From Opitutaceae bacterium (GTDB lineage Bacteria > Verrucomicrobiota > Verrucomicrobiia > Opitutales > Opitutaceae): DNA of 64,000 nucleotides. Positions 54,354 to 62,753 of the stretch are shown here, one piece after another. The notes below the pieces were generated by a model, which was not told the origin of the DNA, made no database searches, and saw nothing but the letters and a program-made list of their open reading frames with translations. Position 1 is the first letter of the stretch. Each line of letters starts with the position of its first letter. The translations under genes were made by a program, and so were the position numbers. The stretch is from NCBI GenBank assembly GCA_041649735.1, contig JBAZMN010000001.1, forward strand, positions 509 through 64,508, in the 5' to 3' direction.

Positions 54354-54565
54354 CGCTTCCCTTTCTCGGCTTTCCTCGCCAGCCGCTCGGCACGGCAGCA
54401 GTAGCAAATCCCTTCGTCCTCGCCGTTGATGTCCAACTCGCAGCCGTGCCCCGGCACGCAGTCATGGCCGCACTCCTGGTTGCCGCGACAGTGGCACACC
54501 GCGCATCGCGGCTCGGTCTGCCAGATGCGGTGGGCCTGGATTAGTTTGCGTGATGGTCGCTTCAT
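54347..54565 (-). CDS. Small Cys-rich protein (72 aa)
   Basis: MKRPSRKLIQAHRIWQTEPRCAVCHCRGNQECGHDCVPGHGCEL..CYCCRAE. GGAGG SD. Only the distal part of track ORF 54347-54865 is plausible. Confidence 0.55.
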   Translation of the reverse strand: MKRPSRKLIQAHRIWQTEPRCAVCHCRGNQECGHDCVPGHGCELDINGEDEGICYCCRAERLARKAEKGKRC

Positions 54566-54578
54566 GGGGTTGCCTCCG

Positions 54579-55205
54579 TCAACTCGGATCGGCGAACGCT
54601 GGTTCATAGTTTTCTGGCCGCACTGGCTCGCGGCCCGCAATCCACTCAGCCAGACGCTGTTGGTTGTCACGGTCGCTGGCGCAGCCGACCAGCGGCATGG
54701 CCATTTTCGCGTCGAACCGTGGCGACAGCGGAAAACACCTTGCCCACACATCGCCCGCTCGACACTTGCAGGGAAACACCGCCGCATACAGCGGTTTCGC
54801 CGTGATCCCGTTCGCGGCGACCTCGGCGACACTGGCCGGATGCCAACACCGCACCCAGCCATCATCGAAGCACGTCAGGCACACAAACATCTGGTTGCCA
54901 TCGGCGTCGTAACGCGGCGTCTCCGAGTCACGCTGCCGCCTCGCCACGCCGCACGCTCTGCGGATCGCCGCCGGGTGTCGATCAAACCCTTTCGGCTCCT
55001 CGATCTCGCCCGCGTGCATCTGGTGGCTCGCCGCCTTGGCCGCCGCAAGATCGACGTTGCGAAGCACGCCGTACCAAGATTTCATCACGTTGCGAGTCGC
55101 CGGCCCGTCGTGCGACGCTTCGAGCTTGGCCATCCAGGCCGGGATGCCAGTGAAACACGCGCAATGCTCGGGATACCACTCTAGGCGAAACTCGTCCCAC
55201 GTCAT
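54579..55205 (-). CDS. Replication-module protein (possible helicase-loader-like)
   Basis: ATGA-coupled to the initiator-like gene. Weak resemblance to G39P-type loaders (W..VL..VDLAAAKAA...P.AI). Function is uncertain. Confidence 0.4.
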   Translation of the reverse strand: MTWDEFRLEWYPEHCACFTGIPAWMAKLEASHDGPATRNVMKSWYGVLRNVDLAAAKAASHQMHAGEIEEPKGFDRHPAAIRRACGVARRQRDSETPRYDADGNQMFVCLTCFDDGWVRCWHPASVAEVAANGITAKPLYAAVFPCKCRAGDVWARCFPLSPRFDAKMAMPLVGCASDRDNQQRLAEWIAGREPVRPENYEPAFADPS

Positions 55206-56089
55206 CGTCGGCCCTCCGCTCGCTTCGCTTCCTCGGCGTGCATCTCATCGTCGAGGGAATCGAGGGCACGTTTGACCACGCCGTCGCCAGCAGCATCGGC
55301 GAATCCATTCGGCTCAAAGATTCCCTGCCAACCGTTCCCGATGCTATGCCGGATCGCCGCCACGGCACGAGCCGGTCCCCACTTCGCCAACTCCCGAAGT
55401 TTGTTCGCCGTCGCCGTTGGCTTCAGTGGTTTGCGAATCTCCGCTCGATGCTGAAGCCAGTCCGACCAGGCCGACAAAAACTCCGTCGTTTGCAACTCAG
55501 GGGGTAAGGGGGTTTCTTGTACGTTAGTACAAGAACCTCTTCTCTTCTCTTCTCTCCTCTTCTCTACGTCACCCGTTACGTCACCCGTTACGTCACCCGT
55601 TACGTCACCCGTTACGTCACCCGTTACGTCACTATTCTTGCGTTTTTTCGCCCTGTAGCGAGCTTGTCTTGCAGCCGCCGAAGAGTGCCGTTTTTCTGGA
55701 GAGTCCTTGTCAGCAAAGAACTTAGGGAAAGTCCCCGATCCATCCTCGTTCCCGACGAACCACCCAACTTCGGACATTGCTACCCCAAATCCAGGTAGGC
55801 AACAAATCGCTTCGATGATGTTCACGTCGCACTTATCGACGACCAAATCGTCACCAACTCGCCTCCCTTGCTCGCGTGCAATCCCCCAAGTCTCCAACAG
55901 TGCCGTAACGCAGAGTGACGCCGTTACGTCACGCGTTACGTGTTCGTGCGCCGATTTGTCACACGTCCTTTTGGACGGATTGGTGAGCCAATCCATGAAC
56001 CGTCGGTCGGTCGCCAGAACGTCGCTCATCCAGACTACGCGGGGGTCGCGGCGAAGCCAAACTCGCATCTTGATCCAGTCGCCAGCCAT
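55202..56089 (-). CDS. Replication initiator / replisome-organizer-like protein carrying internal iterons
   Basis: N-terminus MAGDWIKMRVWLRRDPRVVWMSD resembles phage replisome-organizer N-terminal domains. The centre encodes (GDVT)x5 from the 12-bp repeats. Confidence 0.6.
   Translation of the reverse strand: MAGDWIKMRVWLRRDPRVVWMSDVLATDRRFMDWLTNPSKRTCDKSAHEHVTRDVTASLCVTALLETWGIAREQGRRVGDDLVVDKCDVNIIEAICCLPGFGVAMSEVGWFVGNEDGSGTFPKFFADKDSPEKRHSSAAARQARYRAKKRKNSDVTGDVTGDVTGDVTGDVTGDVEKRREEKRRGSCTNVQETPLPPELQTTEFLSAWSDWLQHRAEIRKPLKPTATANKLRELAKWGPARAVAAIRHSIGNGWQGIFEPNGFADAAGDGVVKRALDSLDDEMHAEEAKRAEGRR
55566..55632. repeat. 5.6 tandem copies of the 12-bp unit ACGTCACCCGTT (candidate origin iterons)
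   Basis: Perfect tandem array read directly from the sequence. Related copies GTTACGTCAC and GTTACGTG lie at 55923-55942. A T-rich stretch lies at 55631-55650. Confidence 0.85.
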
Positions 56090-56295
56090 CAGCCTGCCCT
56101 CCCGCCAAATCGGTTTCTATCATCCCGAATCCGCTTCGCTACGGCCCTCGCGTTGGCAACGGCGCTTTTGTAGCTGTCGCCGCTGCCGTGGCAAGAATCG
56201 CCGTCGAGCATCGTGGCAGCGGAGTCGAGCGACTGCGTAACGGCAATCGTCATTCCGTCGCGGATGGAAACAACGGCATACCACACTTGAGCCAT
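56089..56295 (-). CDS. Hypothetical early protein
   Basis: ATG at 56295 (TAATG overlap). 68 aa. Confidence 0.5.
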   Translation of the reverse strand: MAQVWYAVVSIRDGMTIAVTQSLDSAATMLDGDSCHGSGDSYKSAVANARAVAKRIRDDRNRFGGRAG

Positions 56296-56558
56296 TATGC
56301 AGCCCTCCAAACCTTGACCGTCTTGCCGGCCCTCGTCTTCGTCGTCCCGCCCGTCCAGACGATGGCGCCAAGGCGATGCAGTTGCGTGCAGGCGTGCTCG
56401 ATGGTCGATTCAGGGTAGCGACACTTGAGCAGCCACACGACGGCAGGAACGGCCAGGGATCCGCAGCGGGAGCATTTCAGTTGCCGGAAGATTCCGAGAA
56501 CTGCCCTGGCCGCTGGGCTGCGTCGAACAAATCGGCTTAGCTCCGTGCTCCCTGCCAT
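56295..56558 (-). CDS. Winged-helix-like small protein
   Basis: ATG at 56558 after an AAGGA SD. ..STIEHACTQLHRLGAIVWTGG.. resembles a recognition helix plus wing. Confidence 0.45.
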   Translation of the reverse strand: MAGSTELSRFVRRSPAARAVLGIFRQLKCSRCGSLAVPAVVWLLKCRYPESTIEHACTQLHRLGAIVWTGGTTKTRAGKTVKVWRAA

Positions 56559-56577
56559 GATGATCCTTTTCGGTCCT

Positions 56578-57399
56578 TCAGTCTCGTGTGGGCAATTCGT
56601 GATATTCCAAGCCATCGAGTACGCAGCCGGCGGCCTTCTTGCCGATCTTGCTCATGCCTGGGAACGCACCAAATGAGTCGGCGTCCGCCGTCTCCGGCGC
56701 GAACTCCCCCCATTGCTTAAACCACCACGGTACGCCAGCCGCTTGACACTGATCGCGGACCGAGCGGACCCAATCCGGGTGCATCGGCCGTGCGCCGGGA
56801 CCGGACTCGCCGCCGACAACGACCCAGTCAATTTCGGGTCTGAAACCGGAGCGCTCTGTCCCGCCCTCCTTCATGCGTGCGCACTGGAGCCAATCGCAGT
56901 TTCTCAGAAGGTCCACCGGACCAAGCATCGGCTCCACGCTCAGCCATCGCACGGCGGCCAGGCATTTCAGCAGCCCGGGAATGCGATCGTCGGCGGCTCG
57001 CTGATCCTCGACAGACACGCCGAGCCACACGTTATGCGGCAACGGATTGCGTATTGCCAGATACGCCGCCAGCAGCTTTGGCCGCTTTGTCAGCAGCAAA
57101 AACGTGTGCCTTTGTGCCGAGCGCATTGCTCGAACCACAGCGTCGAGCCAGTGTATCGGTGCCAGCGCGATATCACCCATAAACGAAACAGCGACCCGTT
57201 GCGGCCTCCGCCACTTCTCCGGTTCCCCTAGCCGATCCGGGTGGAACGTCGGCGTGAATGGAGCGTCCGCGTCGTATCCGTTGCGGCCACGCTGCCGATT
57301 GGCCATGCGGCGTGCCCAGCAGCGGTCCCAGCATTGCAGGCCGGAAATGCATCCTGTGATCGGGTTCCATTGGCGGTCGCAGTATTCGATCTTACCCAC
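56578..57399 (-). CDS. DUF5131 (phage Gp37/Gp68) family protein
   Basis: MGKIEYCDRQWNPITGC N-terminus is typical of the family. VVGGESGPGARPMHPDWVR. Confidence 0.8.
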   Translation of the reverse strand: MGKIEYCDRQWNPITGCISGLQCWDRCWARRMANRQRGRNGYDADAPFTPTFHPDRLGEPEKWRRPQRVAVSFMGDIALAPIHWLDAVVRAMRSAQRHTFLLLTKRPKLLAAYLAIRNPLPHNVWLGVSVEDQRAADDRIPGLLKCLAAVRWLSVEPMLGPVDLLRNCDWLQCARMKEGGTERSGFRPEIDWVVVGGESGPGARPMHPDWVRSVRDQCQAAGVPWWFKQWGEFAPETADADSFGAFPGMSKIGKKAAGCVLDGLEYHELPTRD

Positions 57400-57400
57400 G

Positions 57401-57631
57401 TCAACCGACCTCCTCTTCGGTAACAGCAGTGCATCCGTTACGGTGCGCGAAGGCGGCTAGGTCGGCTTCAGCCTCGACGCGAGTGGAGCACATCGGAAGA
57501 CTCTTCGAGACCAGCCGCTTTAAGGACCCAAACGGTTTTCTGTAGAATGTTCCAAACGCCTTGCCGCTAGAAATTCCATCCGAAACGAAAAGACGACGGC
57601 CCTGTCTATCGACACATGCAAATGATTTCAC
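57401..57631 (-). CDS. Hypothetical early protein
   Basis: ATGA-coupled ORF. Confidence 0.5.
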   Translation of the reverse strand: MKSFACVDRQGRRLFVSDGISSGKAFGTFYRKPFGSLKRLVSKSLPMCSTRVEAEADLAAFAHRNGCTAVTEEEVG

Positions 57632-57822
57632 CTTCTCACCGCCTTTCTTTTCTCCCGCCTCTCAGCCCGCTCTGCATGACGTGCCGGATCGCCGTAGCCG
57701 GTGATCCCGTCATCCACGCCGTCAAACTCCCGCCGGCAGCCGCCGCAGTAGTAGTGGCGATGGCCGACCATGCGGACGTGTTTGGCGTGGCCGCACCAGG
57801 GGCATTTCGGAACGTCGTTCAT
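57628..57822 (-). CDS. Zinc-finger small protein
   Basis: CPWCGH..YYCGGC, followed by a basic tail. Confidence 0.55.
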   Translation of the reverse strand: MNDVPKCPWCGHAKHVRMVGHRHYYCGGCRREFDGVDDGITGYGDPARHAERAERREKRKAVRR

Positions 57823-57970
57823 TGGCCGTCCTCGCTTTTGAAAAGCATCGTGGCGACAGGGGGCGCTTTATAGGCCGGTTTGCACCGAATGGCGTTATGG
57901 GCAGATTCGGGCACTTCAGCGACCACATCGAATGAACCGACCCGTCGCGGACGATGATTCCTTTCTTTGG

Positions 57971-59029
57971 CTACATTCCTGATTCCGTTGCCGAGGGGCC
58001 GCCATTGTCCACCAGCGACTTCTGCTTCGCGTTGCTGCGATCGCCTCTAGAACCGCGAACAGCCGCCTCGCGCATCTCGACGGCGTTGACGATCGCTTGC
58101 TGGGCGTCGGCACTAAGCGTCTGTGGGATCGTTCTCCGGGCCTCGGCCAAATCCGCAAGAAAATTCAACGTGCCGATTTCTTCTTTCCATTGGGCGACCG
58201 TGGCGGATTCCGAGTCCGAGAGGACAGGCGCCGCCTCCGACTCTTGCGGCTTCTTCGTCTCTGTTTTGCTGGGCTGCTGCGTCTCGGCCTTCGCCTTGCT
58301 TGGGCCTTCGAGCTGCGGAGCTTGCTCAGACGTAGTATCGATCGCGGCACGCCCGTTCCAGCGAAAGCCACCCCACTCCTCAAACGATGCCTCGCCGCCG
58401 AGCTCCTCGGGGAAGGCAGAGCGCAAAGCGGCTGCCTCGGCACACTTGTCGATCATTCCGATCGGACGATCGGTCCACATTGTGTTTGGACAGCCGTTGC
58501 GCTTGCAGGCGTAGGTTTCGAGCCAGTATACTTTTGGTCCAGGAAACGCACACCGATTTCCCTGTACAAGCCTATAGACCGTCATCTGCGCCCATTCTGG
58601 AAATTCAACCTCGACCGTCCCGTGACTCTTTCCGCTCTTGTCGGTGTCCTCCCATGACTTTCTAATCATCGGGCCATGCGCCACTTCGTCGTGGCCGGCG
58701 TAGCTCCCCGTTCGCGCGGCCGTGGTTCGGTATTCGGCGATTCCTGGCCAAACCGTCTCGACCTCGCAGCCTCGCTCCTTGTCCCAGATCGGAACAATGT
58801 GGACCGTCTTCTTGAAGGGGTCAAGGTTGCGTGCCTTGCAGTAGGCTAGCGCGAGGATCACAGCGCCTACCGATCGGGCGGCAGGAAACGTGGACTCAAC
58901 GAGTGCTCGCCACTCGGCCTGATCCACGCCGAACCGCTCCTTGAGTCCGGGATGGTAGGGAAGTCTCGGGCCAGCGATTGCCGGGACGTTTGTTTTTTGG
59001 GCTGGTTGAAGTGCTGTGTCAGTGCTCAT
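57971..59029 (-). CDS. recT: RecT-family single-strand annealing protein
   Basis: ..ILALAYCKARNLDPFKKTVHIVP.. and ..MIDKCAEAAALRSAFPEE.. are RecT patterns. Acidic, low-complexity C-terminal tail. Confidence 0.85.
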   Translation of the reverse strand: MSTDTALQPAQKTNVPAIAGPRLPYHPGLKERFGVDQAEWRALVESTFPAARSVGAVILALAYCKARNLDPFKKTVHIVPIWDKERGCEVETVWPGIAEYRTTAARTGSYAGHDEVAHGPMIRKSWEDTDKSGKSHGTVEVEFPEWAQMTVYRLVQGNRCAFPGPKVYWLETYACKRNGCPNTMWTDRPIGMIDKCAEAAALRSAFPEELGGEASFEEWGGFRWNGRAAIDTTSEQAPQLEGPSKAKAETQQPSKTETKKPQESEAAPVLSDSESATVAQWKEEIGTLNFLADLAEARRTIPQTLSADAQQAIVNAVEMREAAVRGSRGDRSNAKQKSLVDNGGPSATESGM

Positions 59030-59050
59030 TGTGCTGTTCCTTGATTGTGA

Positions 59051-59947
59051 TTACTCGTAATCGTTAAACTCCGAAAACGGCTGCGACATCGGAAGTCCGA
59101 GCGGGTCATCTGTCCATGCCCATTTTGGCAATGACACGGTGTTGAGTTTTCCAAACCGGCCACCGTGCCAATTGCCGCACGCCAGGCGAGACTGCAATTC
59201 GATCAACGCAACGCGGTTGTGTCGTTTCCCTAGCTCTATATCCAGTTCCGGCAACGTCCACGCCACCGCGTTGTATGGCGGCTTGTTGCGGACAAAAACA
59301 AAAACAAAATTCAGCGGGCGCTCACCGAACAACAACGTCGCCGCATCCATATACGCCGCCGCCTGCTGGTGGTAGCCAAAACTGAAAATCTTCGAGGCAA
59401 TCTCACGCTCGTCTGTCACGTCGGCCGACGTGCATTTGATGTCGGCAATCTGATATCCGCCGTCAAACCGACATAGCTTGTCGATTCGGCACCGCAACGG
59501 AAGCCCTGTTTCTTCGTCCGTCCAAACGATCGTATGCTCGGTTTCCCCTTCCGCCTCCATCAGCGACCGAACGACCGGGTCTTCCAATCCGCGATCGAGC
59601 ATATCGCGGATCCTCAGAGAATCCTTTTCGAGAATGCCGTGATCTTCGGGGTGTTCCTCGCACCACGCTTCCCAGCTCCTCCCGCGCCGCTGTCCGTTCG
59701 ACGTTAGCGCTGTGTACGGAATAATCAAAAGCTCTTTCTTTTCGAGCCAGACGCCGTGTAGCTGCGTTCCAAGCTCCATGTCCTCCGTGGCCTTGAACTT
59801 CCACCGCTTTTCAATGTCCGGCTCGATGTACATCCCATAGAACAGTTCCGGGTGGTCGGGCAGAAGTTTCCACTGGCTTTGGCTCCACTCCGGGCGGGCG
59901 TGGTATTCGGCGGCCTGGCAGTCGATGTGGATTGCGTTTGCGCTCAT
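59051..59947 (-). CDS. PD-(D/E)XK (YqaJ/Cas4-like) recombination exonuclease
   Basis: ..RCRIDKLCRF..YQIADIKCTS.. (D...D-x-K). Adjacent to recT. Confidence 0.75.
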   Translation of the reverse strand: MSANAIHIDCQAAEYHARPEWSQSQWKLLPDHPELFYGMYIEPDIEKRWKFKATEDMELGTQLHGVWLEKKELLIIPYTALTSNGQRRGRSWEAWCEEHPEDHGILEKDSLRIRDMLDRGLEDPVVRSLMEAEGETEHTIVWTDEETGLPLRCRIDKLCRFDGGYQIADIKCTSADVTDEREIASKIFSFGYHQQAAAYMDAATLLFGERPLNFVFVFVRNKPPYNAVAWTLPELDIELGKRHNRVALIELQSRLACGNWHGGRFGKLNTVSLPKWAWTDDPLGLPMSQPFSEFNDYE

Positions 59948-61479
59948 GCTGTCGCCCCCGCATACAATCGCTTATAGTCGTTGGCCGGCTCGTACGGCAC
60001 GGCTTCGAGCTCGTCCCCGACGGACTCCGCTGTGTACACCGCAACCCCCAACTCGACGGCAAGATCATGGATCGCGGCACGATTCGCCACGTCCATGCCC
60101 TCCCAACACTCCTGGCAAACGCTAATGATGGCAGTAGCGCCCGGGTTGGTTTGGCGAATGCGCTTGATGATTTCCTCCATCGCCAATCGCCAACGAGTTC
60201 CAACCGAACGTTCTGCGAGGTACACCTCTCCTCGCGTTGGGTGTTGCGTTATCAGTCGGCCTGCACGCACCTTCATGGTGTCGCTGTTGACTGCATCAGA
60301 AAGCACCTCGTCGGTGGATCGTGCCGCCTCCCGAAGAGATTCGGCCGCTTCCTGGTGTTTTGCCGCAGCTTTGGCAAGTTCCTTTGCCTCCGATGCTCTC
60401 TCTTTGGCGGCGCGAACGACGGCGGCCTGTTCTACGTCTTGCCGGCATTGCGTCACGCGGAATCCAGCGCCGGCAATGGCGGTTTCGCTCGGGCATTCTA
60501 CCGACTCTGCGGCGGCGATGGTTTCCTGCCAGCCGATTAGCGAGCTTGCGTGAGCCTTCACTCGCTCAAGGGCACTTTCGGCCGCGTTGAGTTTTTGGAT
60601 TGCCGCACGCAAAGATTCTTGCGCCAGTCGCAATTGGTCCTCGACATCCGATACTCGTTGCTGCGCGTCTTTGTAGCCGCGTATGGCCATTTCAAGCGCC
60701 ACTTCAGCAGCGAGAACGTCTGGCGCGTTTGGTTCCCTTGCCATTCGCTCCGAGGCGTCGGCTGCTGCCGCCTTTGCTTTCTTCGCTGCCGCCGCTTTGG
60801 CTTCGATAGTTCCCTGGGCATAAATTGCATCTTCGAGTTTTGCTTGCAGTGTTGCGCAATCCGTTTCAATATCTAGGTCGATGCCTTCCGTGGCAGCCTT
60901 ACATGCCGCCGCCTTGGCGAGAATCTTTTCGGCCTGCTCTGCCTGCTTGCGAGACAACGCCTCAAAATCCCGCTTGGCTCTCGACGCCATTTCCACGAGG
61001 TCGTCGGACTTTTCTGTGTCAACGGAAAACACATCCGACGCATTCCAGCCGGACGGGACGAGGGGCGTAAACAATGCTAAATCGGCCTTTGCGCCGGTCA
61101 ATTGCAGCAGCGCCTTGATGCGTGCCCTGTCTGCTGCGACGGGGTCTTTGAGCGGCGGGGAAACGAGGTCGAGTATCGATGGCTTGCCTTCCAGCGACAC
61201 GGCTTCGAGTTCGCCAGTGCGCCGCATGGACTGCCTCAGGTTGACGGTAATCCCCAGCCCTTGGATGGAGCCGGCCGCGGTTCCGTCGCGTTTGGTTAGG
61301 TTTGCTGAGCCGCCAACGAGCTTCGATACCGCCTCGAGCGCCTGCGATTTTCCAGTATCGTTTGGCGCGCGAAAGACGATGATGCCAGGCTGCACGGGAA
61401 TAGTCAGCTTGCGGATCGGGCCGGCGTCTTCGATGGTGATTGATTCCATTTGTGGTTGCTCCTTTGCGGTTTCGATCAT
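59944..61479 (-). CDS. SMC/SbcC/RecF-like AAA ATPase with central coiled coil
   Basis: Walker A FRAPNDTGKSQALEA, a long Ala/Glu/Lys coiled coil, and a C-terminal ATPase lobe. Confidence 0.65.
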   Translation of the reverse strand: MIETAKEQPQMESITIEDAGPIRKLTIPVQPGIIVFRAPNDTGKSQALEAVSKLVGGSANLTKRDGTAAGSIQGLGITVNLRQSMRRTGELEAVSLEGKPSILDLVSPPLKDPVAADRARIKALLQLTGAKADLALFTPLVPSGWNASDVFSVDTEKSDDLVEMASRAKRDFEALSRKQAEQAEKILAKAAACKAATEGIDLDIETDCATLQAKLEDAIYAQGTIEAKAAAAKKAKAAAADASERMAREPNAPDVLAAEVALEMAIRGYKDAQQRVSDVEDQLRLAQESLRAAIQKLNAAESALERVKAHASSLIGWQETIAAAESVECPSETAIAGAGFRVTQCRQDVEQAAVVRAAKERASEAKELAKAAAKHQEAAESLREAARSTDEVLSDAVNSDTMKVRAGRLITQHPTRGEVYLAERSVGTRWRLAMEEIIKRIRQTNPGATAIISVCQECWEGMDVANRAAIHDLAVELGVAVYTAESVGDELEAVPYEPANDYKRLYAGATA

Positions 61480-61664
61480 TGCGCACTCGATAAAATCAGT
61501 TGTGCCTCTTCCAAGATCGCCCGCTGCTTATTCACGTTGCAGAGCAACTCGTTGATCAGCAGACTCAGGCGGCTTCCGCTTGCGTCGATCTCGGCCTGAC
61601 GGGCAATCGCAGCCTGAACGATAAGGGGCGGCATTGCGCCGCATTGGGCTTCTTGGATTGTCAT
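61476..61664 (-). CDS. Hypothetical early protein
   Basis: ATGA-coupled on both sides. Confidence 0.5.
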   Translation of the reverse strand: MTIQEAQCGAMPPLIVQAAIARQAEIDASGSRLSLLINELLCNVNKQRAILEEAQLILSSAQ

Positions 61665-61981
61665 GGTTCGTTTGCTCTTTTCTCGACGGCCCTGCCAAGC
61701 CTCGATAATTCATCCTGCTCGATAATCTCGACCGCCTTCCCGATGTCCTCCACCGCCTGAGCCACCGGGCTTTTCGCGCGATGCTCAGGGGCGAGCGAAG
61801 CGGCAGAAATCTCATTCGTCACCCGATGGATTGCGCAGTAGACTTCCTCGCGGTGCACTGGCACCTTGCTGTCGGCGTCGATGCCGATTCGTACCTTGTC
61901 GCCGCGAATCTCGACAATCACGATGGAAATATCATCGTTGATGCGGATACGTTCGTTCTTCTTGCGGGAGAGCACTAACAT
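61661..61981 (-). CDS. csrA: CsrA-family RNA-binding regulator with ~50-aa C-terminal extension
   Basis: MLVLSRKKNERIRINDDISIVIVEIRGDKVRIGIDADSKVPVHREEVY aligns by eye with canonical CsrA (MLILTRR.GE...IGD.V.V.VL...G..VRIG..AP..V.VHREEIY). Confidence 0.85.
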   Translation of the reverse strand: MLVLSRKKNERIRINDDISIVIVEIRGDKVRIGIDADSKVPVHREEVYCAIHRVTNEISAASLAPEHRAKSPVAQAVEDIGKAVEIIEQDELSRLGRAVEKRANEP

Positions 61982-62008
61982 GGTTTGATCCTCCGTGAAA
62001 ATGTGTTG

Positions 62009-62668
62009 TCATACCGCAACGAACTTTTCGTCTACGAGCGAGTACCAAGTGTCGGCCTTGATTCGCTTACCGTCGATTCTCTTTGTCCGAACGTCAACGC
62101 GACTCCACTTGTCTCCATCCAGCTTCCATTCCGCCAGCGTGAGCCAGCAGCCTACAGCGCCTTTTGCTTTTCCTCCGATTCCAAGCGCGGCGGCGCAGCC
62201 CTCGGCGCCTAACTCATTTCCGACAATCGTGGCGGTGCCGTAATCGCCGACGGCAGTAGCAACAGCGAAAACGCCGGTGGCCTGAGCGCCAGCCCGGTCG
62301 CCGGTGGCCTGAGCGCCAGCCTGGTCGCCGGTGGCGGACTCTTTTGTTTCGCTAAAGTCCACCTTGTCGAGAATGAACTTGATTCCAGCGGCGATAATGC
62401 CGCGCAGATCAATTTCAGCAGAAATCTTTAATTGCCTGCATACACGCTTGCTATCACTGTGGGTTTGATCCGACACACCGTCGGTCTCAACCTCTGCATA
62501 GCGCGAGTCGGCTGGCCGGTAGTAGGCAAAGACATCCAGCGGGTTTTCGCAGAAATGAAATCCGCTGGCGCACAGGATGACATTGCCGTCGTGCTCGTAT
62601 GTTCCTCCAACGGCGTATTGAAACTCATTGCATCGCAGATTATTGTCGAATCCCTTGTAGCCCTTCAT
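62009..62668 (-). CDS. Hypothetical protein: conserved N-terminal domain plus GD-x-AGAQATGD repeats
   Basis: MKGYKGFDNNLRCNEFQYAVGGTYEHDGNVILCASGFHFCENPLDVFAYY is a pattern I recall from many phage hypothetical proteins. Repeats TGDQAGAQATGDRAGAQATG follow. Confidence 0.6.
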   Translation of the reverse strand: MKGYKGFDNNLRCNEFQYAVGGTYEHDGNVILCASGFHFCENPLDVFAYYRPADSRYAEVETDGVSDQTHSDSKRVCRQLKISAEIDLRGIIAAGIKFILDKVDFSETKESATGDQAGAQATGDRAGAQATGVFAVATAVGDYGTATIVGNELGAEGCAAALGIGGKAKGAVGCWLTLAEWKLDGDKWSRVDVRTKRIDGKRIKADTWYSLVDEKFVAV

Positions 62669-62694
62669 GCGTCACCATCCCTTTCGACCGGGTT

Positions 62695-62753
62695 TAGAAA
62701 AAACCCGCCCGCTGCGTTCGTCCCGGTCGAATGGGGCGAATCGCAGGGGCGGG
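62695..62753 (-). terminator. Intrinsic terminator (about 18-bp interrupted GC stem plus U6)
   Basis: CCCGCCCGCTGCG...CGCAGGGGCGGG arms with an inner CGTCCC/GGGGCG stem. On the minus strand it is followed by TTTTTT (plus-strand A-run 62698-62703). Confidence 0.7.

Noticed and set aside
54566-54865. Upstream two-thirds of track ORF 54347-54865
   Set aside because: It completely overlaps gene 54579-55205 in another frame and has an Arg/Cys-rich, nonsense-like composition. Only the last 72 codons, with their own GGAGG SD, look real.
55566-55632. Possible CRISPR array
   Set aside because: The repeats are 12 bp and directly tandem with no spacers, and they lie in-frame inside a gene. They were interpreted as iterons.
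57823-57970. Promoter or small ORF in the 148-nt gap upstream of the zinc-finger gene
   Set aside because: Only a weak TGCAAA..TATAAA pair with wrong spacing and a trivial GCTTTTGAAAAGC palindrome are present. Track ORF 57722-57928 overlaps a better gene and is Arg/Pro-rich.
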